DNA from: Gammaproteobacteria bacterium
GTDB taxonomy: Bacteria > Pseudomonadota > Gammaproteobacteria > Natronospirales > JAIVGZ01
DNA: 64,000 nt
Assembly (NCBI GenBank): GCA_040882865.1
Contig: JBBEAN010000014.1
Location: 26,565-90,564, forward strand
Direction: 5' to 3'
A program made the position numbers and the translations under genes. Shown piece after piece: positions 34,996 to 43,560 of this stretch. Each line of letters starts with the position of its first letter. The stretch's first letter is position 1. Below the pieces are notes generated by a model. It ran no database searches and was not told where the DNA came from. It saw only the letters and a program-made list of their open reading frames with translations.

Positions 34996-36825
34996 TTACG
35001 TTTTGGTCGCGATCCAGTCGTCGACGACGCGCTCGAGCAGATTGAGCGGTAGCGCGCCGTTCGTGAGCACCGTGTTGTGGAACTCCCGGATGTCGAAGCG
35101 GTCGCCGAGCGCTGTCTGCGCGCGTGCGCGCAGCTCGAGAAACTTCAACATGCCGACCTTGTACGACAGCGCCTGGCCGGGAATCACGAGGTAGCGCTCG
35201 ATTTCGGCGATGACCTCGGTCTCGCCCATGCCGGTGTGTTCGGTCATGTATTCAATGGCTTGTTCCCTGGTCCAGCGCTTCGCGTGCATACCCGTATCGA
35301 CGACGAGTCGCACCGCGCGGAACATTTCGCCCTGCAGCCGACCAAGATTGTCGAGCGGGTCGTCCTGAAAGCCGGCCTCCCATGCGACCTGTTCGGAATA
35401 CAGCGCCCAACCCTCGATGTACGCACCCATCGGCGCCATGCGCCGGAACACTGGCAAGCCCTTCAGTTCCTGCGCGAGCGCAATCTGGAAATGATGACCG
35501 GGGATGCCCTCGTGGTAGGCGAGCGTGCGCATTCCAAAGCGCGGCAGGTCGGCCATCGTTCGCAGGTTGATGTAGAACACGCCGGGCCGCGTGCCGTCGA
35601 GCGCCGGTTGTTGGTAATACGCGAGTGCGGAGCCATCCTCCCGGAATTCCGGCACGCGTTCGACGTCGAGCGCCGCTTTGGGGCGCACGTCGAAGTAATC
35701 ATCCAGCCCGCCTTCGATCTCCGCGATGATGGCCTTGTAGTCGGTGATGACCTGCGCGCGGCCATCGTCGGAGTCCTCATAAAGCTGCGCGGGGTCCGCA
35801 CGCAGGGCGAGCAGACGCTCACCGATCGATCCGTCGCTGAATCCCTGCGCCACGAGGATCGCGTCCATCTCAGCACCGATGCGGGCGACTTCGGCGAGAC
35901 CGATGCGGTGAATCTCGTCCGGGTCCATGTCCGTCGTCGTCATGAGGCGCGCTGCGAATCGGTAAAACTCGTCGCCGTCGGGCAGCGCCCACACGCCGTG
36001 GTTTCCGGTCGTGCGCGGCAGCAGGTCCTCGTAGTACGCAATCAACTTGCCGTACGCGGGGTACACCGTGCCAGTAATCTCATCTTCGGCGCGCTGCGCG
36101 AATGATTCGCGCTCGTCGGCCATGATTTCCGCACTCTCTTCGAGCTTCGCGAGGTGTTCGTCGAACTTGGTGAACAGGATGTTCTCGCGCGCCGGCGCCT
36201 CGACGAACCCGCGCATCTCATTGAGGACTTTCTCGACGACGAACGTCGGCGGAATAACGCCCGCTGCCTCGCGGATGCGCACCGAGTCGAGCGCCTGGTC
36301 GAGCCGGCGCTCGAACTGTGACAATCGCGAGATGTAATGCTCCGCGCCCTTGGTGTCGGGCACCCGATGCATGGTCGCCATGAAGTTCGGCAGGCCGTTC
36401 TGGATGCCGAACATCTGGTTCATCGGGTACGTATGCAATCGCCAGCGCTCACCTTCGATGATCATCGATACAAAGCCGTCGAACATGTCGTAGCTGATTG
36501 CGTCCTGACCGGTCATCGCCTCACGGTCATAGTTGTGCAGGGTCTCGAGGTCTTCGCGCAGCGTCACGAACAGCTGCTGCGCCTTCTCGTCGGAGCCGTC
36601 CGATAAATGTGCGTTGTGGCCGCGGATGCCGAATTGTTCGATGAAGCCGAGGCTTGTCAGCATCTGCGGATCGTCGAGCGCGTACTGCAGCATCGCGCGG
36701 TCGTAGAACCAGTTCGGTTTCAGCGGCGTGCCGTACCAAGTGTGCGCAGCGAGTGCGCCCGCAAGCACGATGATGACGCCCACGGCGATGCCGGCCCACT
36801 TCAGGATGCCCAAGAGAATTTTCAT
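34996..36825 (-). CDS. DUF885-family protein (secreted or membrane-anchored)
   Basis: 609 aa with an N-terminal TM/signal segment. YHEGIPGHHFQ motif typical of DUF885. Confidence 0.8.
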   Translation of the reverse strand: MKILLGILKWAGIAVGVIIVLAGALAAHTWYGTPLKPNWFYDRAMLQYALDDPQMLTSLGFIEQFGIRGHNAHLSDGSDEKAQQLFVTLREDLETLHNYDREAMTGQDAISYDMFDGFVSMIIEGERWRLHTYPMNQMFGIQNGLPNFMATMHRVPDTKGAEHYISRLSQFERRLDQALDSVRIREAAGVIPPTFVVEKVLNEMRGFVEAPARENILFTKFDEHLAKLEESAEIMADERESFAQRAEDEITGTVYPAYGKLIAYYEDLLPRTTGNHGVWALPDGDEFYRFAARLMTTTDMDPDEIHRIGLAEVARIGAEMDAILVAQGFSDGSIGERLLALRADPAQLYEDSDDGRAQVITDYKAIIAEIEGGLDDYFDVRPKAALDVERVPEFREDGSALAYYQQPALDGTRPGVFYINLRTMADLPRFGMRTLAYHEGIPGHHFQIALAQELKGLPVFRRMAPMGAYIEGWALYSEQVAWEAGFQDDPLDNLGRLQGEMFRAVRLVVDTGMHAKRWTREQAIEYMTEHTGMGETEVIAEIERYLVIPGQALSYKVGMLKFLELRARAQTALGDRFDIREFHNTVLTNGALPLNLLERVVDDWIATKT

Positions 36826-36848
36826 GGACCGTAGTCTATAGTCCGCCC

Positions 36849-37496
36849 ATGAATCACGGCAACGTCATCGCTCCTTTCTTGGTTTCCTTCCTGCTTGTAG
36901 CGTGTGGCCGCGGTCCCGACGAGCCGCCGCCGATTGAGGATTCGCGCGCATTCTGGGCGTGCGACGGTTATGAATTCGCACTGCGTCGCGGCGAGAACAC
37001 CGTCGCGTTGACGCTCCCGGGACGCGACGTCGAACTCGCCGCCGTCGGCGAGACGCGTGAGCGTCGTTACGCGCGCAATGAAATCGCACTCGAGTACACC
37101 GCCAAAGATGCGTTGCGCCTCTCAGTCGGGCTCGAGGAGCACGTCTGCACGCCGAAGTCTTGGGGTGGCCCTTGGCAGCGCGCGGAAGACGCCGGCGCCG
37201 CGTTTCGCGCGGTCGGTCAGGAACCCGGCTGGTTCGTGGAAGTGACACCGGGCGGTAACCTCGTCGCGGTGCTCGACTACGGAGAGCGGACGATCACGTT
37301 GCCCGCGCCCGAGGTCACGCCGCTCGACGGGGGCGCCCGTGGCTACCAGGTCGAGGGGGACGGTCAGGTCATCCAATTGGTCATCGAGCCCTTGACCTGT
37401 TTTGACGGCATGAGCGGCCAGATCCACCCAGAAACGGCGACCTTGGCCGTGGATGGCCAGCGTTATCAGGGCTGCGGAGTTCCGCTCAACCCGTAG
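36849..37496 (+). CDS. Lipoprotein (MliC/COG3650-like, tentative)
   Basis: Lipobox LVAC. The VGQEPGWFVEV segment resembles the GNEPFW motif of COG3650 proteins. Confidence 0.5.
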   Translation: MNHGNVIAPFLVSFLLVACGRGPDEPPPIEDSRAFWACDGYEFALRRGENTVALTLPGRDVELAAVGETRERRYARNEIALEYTAKDALRLSVGLEEHVCTPKSWGGPWQRAEDAGAAFRAVGQEPGWFVEVTPGGNLVAVLDYGERTITLPAPEVTPLDGGARGYQVEGDGQVIQLVIEPLTCFDGMSGQIHPETATLAVDGQRYQGCGVPLNP

Positions 37497-37524
37497 TTGC
37501 AAAATGATATCAAGGTGATATCAT
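37497..37524 (+). promoter_or_regulatory. Sigma70-like promoter overlapped by a perfect 9-3-9 palindromic operator
   Basis: TTGCAA (37497-37502), 16-nt spacer, TATCAT (37519-37524). Palindrome ATGATATCA-agg-TGATATCAT spans 37504-37524. GGAGG RBS at 37541, then ATG 37553. Confidence 0.55.
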
Positions 37525-37552
37525 ACCCTCCAGACTCACTGGAGGCATTGCC

Positions 37553-38416
37553 ATGAAAGAACAACCTATCAAGTCGTTGCCCGGCATCCCGATGCTGGTC
37601 ATGCTGTTCGCGCTCAGCGTCCTGCTCATCTGGGGCGTCCTTGAGGGCGCGGCCGGCGACCAGCGCTCACTGATGGTCGGCTGCCTGCTCGGCTTTATCG
37701 TCACGCAGGTGCTCTGGTTCGGCCTGTACATGGTGGAGCCGAACCAGGCGGCCGTGCTCAGCCTGTTCGGGAAGTACGTCGGCACCGTGAAAGAGCAGGG
37801 CCTGCGCTACAACAACCCGTTCTACTCGACGAAGAAGATCAGCCTGCGCGTGCGCAACTTTGAGTCGGGCAAACTCAAGGTCAACGAACTCGAGGGCAGC
37901 CCGATCGAGATTGCTGCAGTCGTCGTGTGGCGTGTCGTGGATTCGGCGGAAGCGGTTTTCAACGTCGACGACTTCGAGAGCTTCATGCACATCCAGTCCG
38001 AGGCCGCATTGCGTGCGATGGCGACGAGCTATCCGTACGACCAGGAAACCGAGGGCACGATTTCGCTGCGCAGCCACGCGAATGAGATATCCGCGCACAT
38101 CGCCGAGCAGCTCGCGGAGCGCCTCGACCGGGCGGGCATCGAAGTCCTAGAGGCGCGCATCAGCCATCTCGCCTACGCGCCGGAAATAGCGGGTGCGATG
38201 CTGCAGCGGCAGCAGGCCGCTGCCGTGATCGCTGCGCGCACACGCATCGTCGCGGGCGCGGTCGGTATGGTCGAGATGGCGCTCGAGGAACTCAAGAAGA
38301 ATGAGCTCATCGACCTCGACCCGGAACGCCGCGCCCAGATGGTGAGCAACCTATTGGTCGTTCTCTGTTCCGACCGCGCGACACAGCCCATCGTGAACGC
38401 GGGGTCGATGTACTAG
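37553..38416 (+). CDS. SPFH/band-7 domain membrane protein
   Basis: 287 aa with N-terminal TM helices then an SPFH body ([18 protein letters not shown]...[11 protein letters not shown]). Confidence 0.85.
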   Translation: MKEQPIKSLPGIPMLVMLFALSVLLIWGVLEGAAGDQRSLMVGCLLGFIVTQVLWFGLYMVEPNQAAVLSLFGKYVGTVKEQGLRYNNPFYSTKKISLRVRNFESGKLKVNELEGSPIEIAAVVVWRVVDSAEAVFNVDDFESFMHIQSEAALRAMATSYPYDQETEGTISLRSHANEISAHIAEQLAERLDRAGIEVLEARISHLAYAPEIAGAMLQRQQAAAVIAARTRIVAGAVGMVEMALEELKKNELIDLDPERRAQMVSNLLVVLCSDRATQPIVNAGSMY

Positions 38417-38420
38417 CGAT

Positions 38421-38591
38421 ATGGCAGCGAAGAAGGCATTCCCGCTACGCATCAACCCGCGAATCATCGCGGGCATGCAGCGCTGGGCGGACGACGACCT
38501 GCGCTCGCTGAACGCGCAGATCGAGTTCGTGCTGCGGGAAGCGCTCAGGAAAGCGGGGCGGTTGAAGAGCGAGGAGGAAGGGGATGGCTAA
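38421..38591 (+). CDS. Arc/MetJ-type ribbon-helix-helix DNA-binding protein (56 aa, absent from the ORF track)
   Basis: MAAKKAFPLRINPRIIAGMQRWADDDLRSLNAQIEFVLREAL is a typical Arc-like RHH pattern. Its stop overlaps the next start (ATGGCTAA). Confidence 0.7.
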   Translation: MAAKKAFPLRINPRIIAGMQRWADDDLRSLNAQIEFVLREALRKAGRLKSEEEGDG

Positions 38592-38766
38592 CGAACGGTG
38601 GCAGTACAACGTGGTGGATTTCAAGGGCAGCCCGTGGACGACGAAAATCGATCCCGAGGCGCTGAAGACCGAGCTCAACAAACTCGGGCAAATCGGCTGG
38701 GAGTTGATTGAGACGCGGCTGATGTCCGGCGGCACACTGCAACTTGTATTGAAGCGGCCCGCTTGA
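38584..38766 (+). CDS. DUF4177-like small protein
   Basis: WQYNVVDFKG ... LNKLGQIGWELI pattern. 60 aa. Confidence 0.7.
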   Translation: MANERWQYNVVDFKGSPWTTKIDPEALKTELNKLGQIGWELIETRLMSGGTLQLVLKRPA

Positions 38767-39326
38767 GCACGCGAACTTACCCGGTCGCGCCGCTACGCAA
38801 GGTGAGTCTCGCGACGTTCGCCGTGATTCTCGCGCTGCTGCCGTTGGGAGTTCTAGTGGCGTTCTCGACCGGGCGCATCGAGCCGGACGGGCTGCGCATC
38901 GCGCAGGCGTTTTTCTTGACGCTCATGCCGTTCGCCATCCTGATTCCTGCACTGCGGCGCCGCGAAGTCATTTTTGACGGCGAGACCCTCACGGTCAAGG
39001 CCGCCTTCCACACCCGACGTCGCAGGGTGCCCGATCTCGATGTCACCGCGGCGCGCATCGTCGACCTCAACGAGGAAAAAGCGCTTCGCCCAATTTTCCG
39101 GAGATTCGGCTTCTCACTGATCGGTTTCCATGCCGGGCATTACCGATTGTGGGGACTGAAGAAGGCATTCGCGCTGATCACCACATGCGAGCGGGTGCTG
39201 GCGCTTCCGGAGCGGGACGGGACCCTGCTGCTAATGAGCCTCGAGCGGCCGCAGCAACTCATCGACGCCCTGCAGACAGAAGGGGTCAGAACAAAGTACC
39301 GGATACGGCAAGTGACGGACGCATAG
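38763..39326 (+). CDS. Membrane protein with bacterial PH-like domain (tentative); C-terminal tail encoded by a REP1 half-site
   Basis: TTG start overlaps the upstream stop. Two N-terminal TM helices. The last ~15 codons run through GGGGTCAGAACAAAGTACCGG (39282-39302). Confidence 0.55.
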   Translation: MSTRTYPVAPLRKVSLATFAVILALLPLGVLVAFSTGRIEPDGLRIAQAFFLTLMPFAILIPALRRREVIFDGETLTVKAAFHTRRRRVPDLDVTAARIVDLNEEKALRPIFRRFGFSLIGFHAGHYRLWGLKKAFALITTCERVLALPERDGTLLLMSLERPQQLIDALQTEGVRTKYRIRQVTDA

Positions 39327-40011
39327 CTCTACGATTAAGACCTAACCATCATCGGAGAGCCAAGGATGGCACGACCACCACGCACGCTCATCGCCGGCAT
39401 CCCCCAGCATGCCATTCAGCGCGGAAACAACAAGCAGCCGGTATTCATGGAGTTCCAGGACTACCATCTCTTTTTGAAATTTCTGCAGGAAGGCGCGGAA
39501 CTCGGTCAGTGCGACGTTCATGCCTACGTGCTGATGACAAATCATGTTCACCTGCTGCTCACGCCGGGCACTGAACGTGGCGTCATAGACCTGATGCAAC
39601 ATATCGGACGTCGATACGTCCGTTATTTCAATGCACGTCATCATCGAACGGGGACACTATGGGAAGGGCGCTACCGGAGTTCGTTGGTGAAATCTCCGGA
39701 CTATTTTCTGAAATGCATGCGCTACATCGAACTCAATCCCGTAAGAGCCGGAATGGTCAATCATCCGCGAGAGTATCGATGGTCGAGCTATCGCGCGAAC
39801 GTGGGAGAATTGACTGATGCACTGGTGACACCCCACGCAATATACGATGAGCTCTCGTCAGATCCGTTCGCGCGGGGTGCGATTTACGCAGCCGCCGTCG
39901 ATTGCGGGCTGGACGACGAATCAATCCAGGTGCTCCGTAACGCCGCCAATCGCTCCAGACCCATCGAAGAGAAGGGGTCAGAACAAAGTACCGGTACATT
40001 GCTCTGACCCC
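39282..40011 (+). mobile_element. RAYT locus: IS200-like Y1 transposase gene flanked by REP1 sequences
   Basis: Left REP1 half-site at 39282-39302. Right imperfect REP1 palindrome at 39974-40011, which contains the gene's stop codon. Confidence 0.75.
39366..40007 (+). CDS. REP-associated tyrosine transposase (RAYT, IS200/Y1_Tnp family)
   Basis: 213 aa. HUH motif NHVHLLL. Catalytic-Tyr region REYRWSSYRAN. GGAGAG RBS. Confidence 0.85.
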   Translation: MARPPRTLIAGIPQHAIQRGNNKQPVFMEFQDYHLFLKFLQEGAELGQCDVHAYVLMTNHVHLLLTPGTERGVIDLMQHIGRRYVRYFNARHHRTGTLWEGRYRSSLVKSPDYFLKCMRYIELNPVRAGMVNHPREYRWSSYRANVGELTDALVTPHAIYDELSSDPFARGAIYAAAVDCGLDDESIQVLRNAANRSRPIEEKGSEQSTGTLL

Positions 40012-40012
40012 T

Positions 40013-40216
40013 TCAGTCGGGCTCCCAGGCGAAGACTTCGTCGACGGCGACCTCGAACACTGCCGCGATCCGGAACGCGACCTCGAGCGACGGCGAGTAT
40101 TTGTCGCCTTCGATTGCATTGATGGTCTGCCGGGTCACGCCGACTTCGTCGGCGAGCGCCTGCTGCGACATCTGGTCTGCGGCGAAGCGCAACGTCTTGA
40201 TGCGGTTGGTGATCAT
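40013..40216 (-). CDS. XRE-family HTH transcriptional regulator
   Basis: 67 aa. QQALADEVGVTRQTINAIEGDKYSPSLEVAFRIA is a classic Cro/C1 HTH. Start overlaps the upstream stop. Confidence 0.9.
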   Translation of the reverse strand: MITNRIKTLRFAADQMSQQALADEVGVTRQTINAIEGDKYSPSLEVAFRIAAVFEVAVDEVFAWEPD

Positions 40217-40665
40217 CAGACGCCGCGGCGGTAGTACACGAGTTTGCTGACGAGGTGGCTGGACTCGGCGACGATGAGCAGCGTCACAATCGCGACAATG
40301 CCGAAACTCAGGTTCATCGCAGGGTCTGCGCCAATCAGCTGCCAAATGGCGAGGTGGACACCCAGTCCGATGAGCCCGCCACCCAGCACGTAATAGCCGT
40401 TGCGACCCGCCTTCGCCTCAATCAACGTGTCGCGCTCATCGCGACGGTCTCGGCGCGCGCAGAACGACAGCGTCACGTGGTACGCGAGCTCAATCGCCAG
40501 CACCATGAGAAAGATGGCGAAGACCCAGGGCGCGAGGCGCTCCGGTGCCGGCGGCGTTCCCGCGATAAAGGCTGGTATTGCATCGCTAAGTAACCAGTAC
40601 GCGCCCATGAACAGCGCGACGAGCGAACCCCAGATGTTCCTTTCCATATACGACAGATTGGTCAT
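40216..40665 (-). CDS. Membrane protein (DUF2178-like partner of the XRE regulator)
   Basis: Four predicted TM helices. Start ambiguous (TTG 40677, ATG 40665, ATG 40647). Confidence 0.6.
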   Translation of the reverse strand: MTNLSYMERNIWGSLVALFMGAYWLLSDAIPAFIAGTPPAPERLAPWVFAIFLMVLAIELAYHVTLSFCARRDRRDERDTLIEAKAGRNGYYVLGGGLIGLGVHLAIWQLIGADPAMNLSFGIVAIVTLLIVAESSHLVSKLVYYRRGV

Positions 40666-40695
40666 GACACGCTCCAAATGTATGATGGCGGGAGA

Positions 40696-40732
40696 GTAAA
40701 AGATTATTTACACAATGTCAAAGATTCTTTAC
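40696..40732. promoter_or_regulatory. Direct-repeat operator candidate in a divergent promoter region
   Basis: GTAAAAGATTATTTAC (40696-40711) and GTCAAAGATTCTTTAC (40717-40732). Offset 21 nt, 14/16 identical, AT-rich. Confidence 0.4.
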
Positions 40733-40780
40733 TATCGAAATCCCCGGCCTTGCTACACTGCCGAAAACCAAGGGGGTGCC

Positions 40781-40981
40781 ATGTCGAATGCAAAGTTACA
40801 GCGGTCCCGAACCGACCGGATCCTCGGGGGCGTGCTCGGGGGCATTGCGCAACACTATGGCTGGGACTCGACCGTCGTTCGCGTCGTGTACGTAATCGTC
40901 TCGATCCTGTCCGTCGGGTTCCCCGGCATTCTGATTTACCTTGCACTGTGGGTGATCATGCCGGAACGCGGGGACGCCTAA
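40781..40981 (+). CDS. PspC-domain protein
   Basis: AAGGGGG RBS. RILGGVLGGIAQHYGWDSTVVRVVYVI motif. 66 aa. Confidence 0.85.
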   Translation: MSNAKLQRSRTDRILGGVLGGIAQHYGWDSTVVRVVYVIVSILSVGFPGILIYLALWVIMPERGDA

Positions 40982-40990
40982 CCGCGCCCG

Positions 40991-43165
40991 ATGGGCCTCT
41001 TCACGGAGTTGAAGCGCCGTAACGTATTCCGCGTCGCCGCGGCGTATGCGGCGGTTGCGTGGTTGTCCCTCGAGCTGTTGTCGATCGTCTTACCGGAATT
41101 CGGCGCACCCGCGTGGGCATTACGCGCCCTCATCATCGTGCTCGTCGTCGGCTTCATCCCTGCGCTGATTTTTGCGTGGGCGTTCGAGGTCACGCCCGAT
41201 GGCATCAAGCGCGAGAAGCATGTCGATCGCAGCGAGCCCGCGCTGCAACAGTCCGCGAGGAAGCTGGACCAGGTCGTCATCGTCTTGGTGGTCGCAGCGG
41301 TCGGGGTGCTCGCGCTCGACCGATTCGTACTGGACCCGCGCGCCCCGCGCGCACCGGCGCTCGCAACCGACCGCATCGATTCCATCGCGGTGTTGCCGTT
41401 CCAGGACTTCAGCGCTGGCGGGGGCCATGCTTATCTAGGCACCGGCATCGCCGATACCATCCTGCATTCGTTGACGCAATTGCCGGGACTCAAGGTTGCG
41501 GCCCGGACCAGTTCGTTCCAACTCGCCGAACAGAAAGCGGACATCGCCGCGATCGGCGCCGCGCTCGGCGTCGGCGCAGTACTCGAAGGCAGCGTGCAGG
41601 TGGTGGGGAACCAGCTTCGCATCATCGCTCAGCTCGTGCGCACGAGTGACCAAGCGCATATCTGGTCGCGCACGTTCGATGGCTCTACCGAGGATATTTT
41701 CGCAACGCAGGACACGATTGCGGCCGAAGTCGCGAAATCGCTTCGCGGCGACGACGCACCGGCGCTGGCGCGTCAGCACCGAACTTCGAGCGAAGTCTTT
41801 GAGCTCGTTGCCAAAGGTCGAGACCTTTGGCAACAACGCAATCCGCTCGATCTGGCCGAGGCCGTGCGGGCACTCGAGCGCGCCGTCGAACTCGATCCGG
41901 ATTACGCGCCTGCCCGCTCTGAGTTCGCCGCGGCGATTTGGTTCAGCTCGCTTTACGGCGGCGTTGATGAGGCGACGGCCCGTCCGCGCGCCGAAGCGCA
42001 AATCGAGCACGCACTGCGGCTCGATCCGAAGAACGCACAGGCTTGGTCGATCCGGGGACTGATCCTGAGCCGGGGCAGCCAGCCGGCCGCGACGATCGCC
42101 GCGTACGAGCGCGCGCTCGAACTGAACCCGAACGACGCGAACACCATGATCTGGCTCGCCCAAGAACTTGTGGCCGCAGGGTTGTTCAACGACAGCCGGC
42201 GCCGCATCGAACAGGCCTTCCAGCTCGACCCGCGCAACTTTTACGTGCGCGGACGCTATGCGAGCGCGCTCGCCCAGACGGGCGAAGCCGCGAACATCCG
42301 CCGCGCGCTCGCGATTGTCGACGAGAGCCTGCGCCTCGAGCCCGATAATGCCCGTGCGCTGAACGACGCGACGGAAGTCGAGAATCTGGTGGGCGACATT
42401 GTGAAATCGGTACGACACGCGGTGACCGCGCTCGAGCTCCGGCCGGGCTCGTACAACTTGATGGGACATTTCATACAGACGTTTGCGATGGCCGGCGATC
42501 GCGAAACCGCGCGTGCCTGGGGCGGCCACATTGACTCGCTCGTGCCCGACCGTGTTCCGGGCGGGTGGGCGATCGTGGTCGCTGATTTCGAGTTGTTCCT
42601 GCGCTTCGCGACGACGCACCTGGAGCGCCACCCCGAGGATATGTATGCGTTGAACAATTACGCGTTCGCGCTTGCCCTGAACGGCCGCTATGACGACGCG
42701 ATCAAGTGGACCCTTCGCGACCTCGAGGTGTGGCGCGGCCAGCGCTACCAGGGCAATCCGAGAGGCGAGGAATTGTTCGACCTGCAGATGCTGATCTGGC
42801 TTTACGACGAAACAGGGGATTCAGAGCGTGCTGCCGCGATGCGCGCCGAGATGACGCCGATGTATCGACAGCTCGTCGCGCAAGGCCGTCCGCCGGGCAT
42901 CAACGGCATGCTGATGGAGACCGGCTATCACATCGCGATGGGCGACCACGACGCGGCGGTGAAAGCGCTGCGTGAGCGAAGCACGACAAACGAGCGCTTG
43001 CTGTTCCCGGTGTGGGCGGCGTTCCCGTGGGTGAAGGATTTTGTGCCGCGCGACGACGTGCAGCAGATGTTGAAGGAATGGTCGGCTGAGCAACGTGAAC
43101 TCGCCGCGCGACTACGCGCCGAGGCGCCGCGCGAGGCGTACAACCCGGCACTACTTCCCGACTAA
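40991..43165 (+). CDS. Membrane-anchored TPR-repeat protein
   Basis: N-terminal ELKRRNVFRVAAAYAAVAWL TM module, then multiple TPR-like repeats (ALELNPNDA, AFQLDPRN, etc.). Confidence 0.75.
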   Translation: MGLFTELKRRNVFRVAAAYAAVAWLSLELLSIVLPEFGAPAWALRALIIVLVVGFIPALIFAWAFEVTPDGIKREKHVDRSEPALQQSARKLDQVVIVLVVAAVGVLALDRFVLDPRAPRAPALATDRIDSIAVLPFQDFSAGGGHAYLGTGIADTILHSLTQLPGLKVAARTSSFQLAEQKADIAAIGAALGVGAVLEGSVQVVGNQLRIIAQLVRTSDQAHIWSRTFDGSTEDIFATQDTIAAEVAKSLRGDDAPALARQHRTSSEVFELVAKGRDLWQQRNPLDLAEAVRALERAVELDPDYAPARSEFAAAIWFSSLYGGVDEATARPRAEAQIEHALRLDPKNAQAWSIRGLILSRGSQPAATIAAYERALELNPNDANTMIWLAQELVAAGLFNDSRRRIEQAFQLDPRNFYVRGRYASALAQTGEAANIRRALAIVDESLRLEPDNARALNDATEVENLVGDIVKSVRHAVTALELRPGSYNLMGHFIQTFAMAGDRETARAWGGHIDSLVPDRVPGGWAIVVADFELFLRFATTHLERHPEDMYALNNYAFALALNGRYDDAIKWTLRDLEVWRGQRYQGNPRGEELFDLQMLIWLYDETGDSERAAAMRAEMTPMYRQLVAQGRPPGINGMLMETGYHIAMGDHDAAVKALRERSTTNERLLFPVWAAFPWVKDFVPRDDVQQMLKEWSAEQRELAARLRAEAPREAYNPALLPD

Positions 43166-43524
43166 GGCAGTTGGATGCCGCCGGGGCCGCTCTGGCCGCC
43201 TTGGCCTGGCACCACGATCGAGCCCGCCTGCTGGCGACGCATTTCGCGTAATTGCTCCATCGTTTCCTCGACCGCCTTGTTGGCCTCGGCCGCAAACTGT
43301 GTGCACGCATCCGACAGCGTCGGGCCGTCGAGCTCGAAGGTGATGGGCAGCGCTCCGGCCGGCGTGTAGATACTTGCCTGGCCGACATACTGCACCTTGC
43401 GCGTCGCGTCGGGACCGCCGTCGCGTGTCACCGGTGTGAGCACGCGGATGCTGCCGATTTTCTGGTCGGTGAACGATTCTTCGCGCCACAGCGCGTCCGG
43501 ATCCATCTTCATTTCGTCTGGCAT
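43162..43524 (-). CDS. Small conserved hypothetical cytoplasmic protein
   Basis: 120 aa from ATG 43524. The rest of the 434-aa track ORF is antisense to murB. Confidence 0.5.
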   Translation of the reverse strand: MPDEMKMDPDALWREESFTDQKIGSIRVLTPVTRDGGPDATRKVQYVGQASIYTPAGALPITFELDGPTLSDACTQFAAEANKAVEETMEQLREMRRQQAGSIVVPGQGGQSGPGGIQLP

Positions 43525-43560
43525 GGCGCGAAGTTTACCAGCTTGGGAGATAATCGCGGC

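Noticed and set aside
41435-42631. 398-aa minus-strand ORF inside the TPR protein gene
   Set aside because: It is antisense to a coherent TPR-repeat CDS, has no motifs, and has the biased composition of a shadow ORF.
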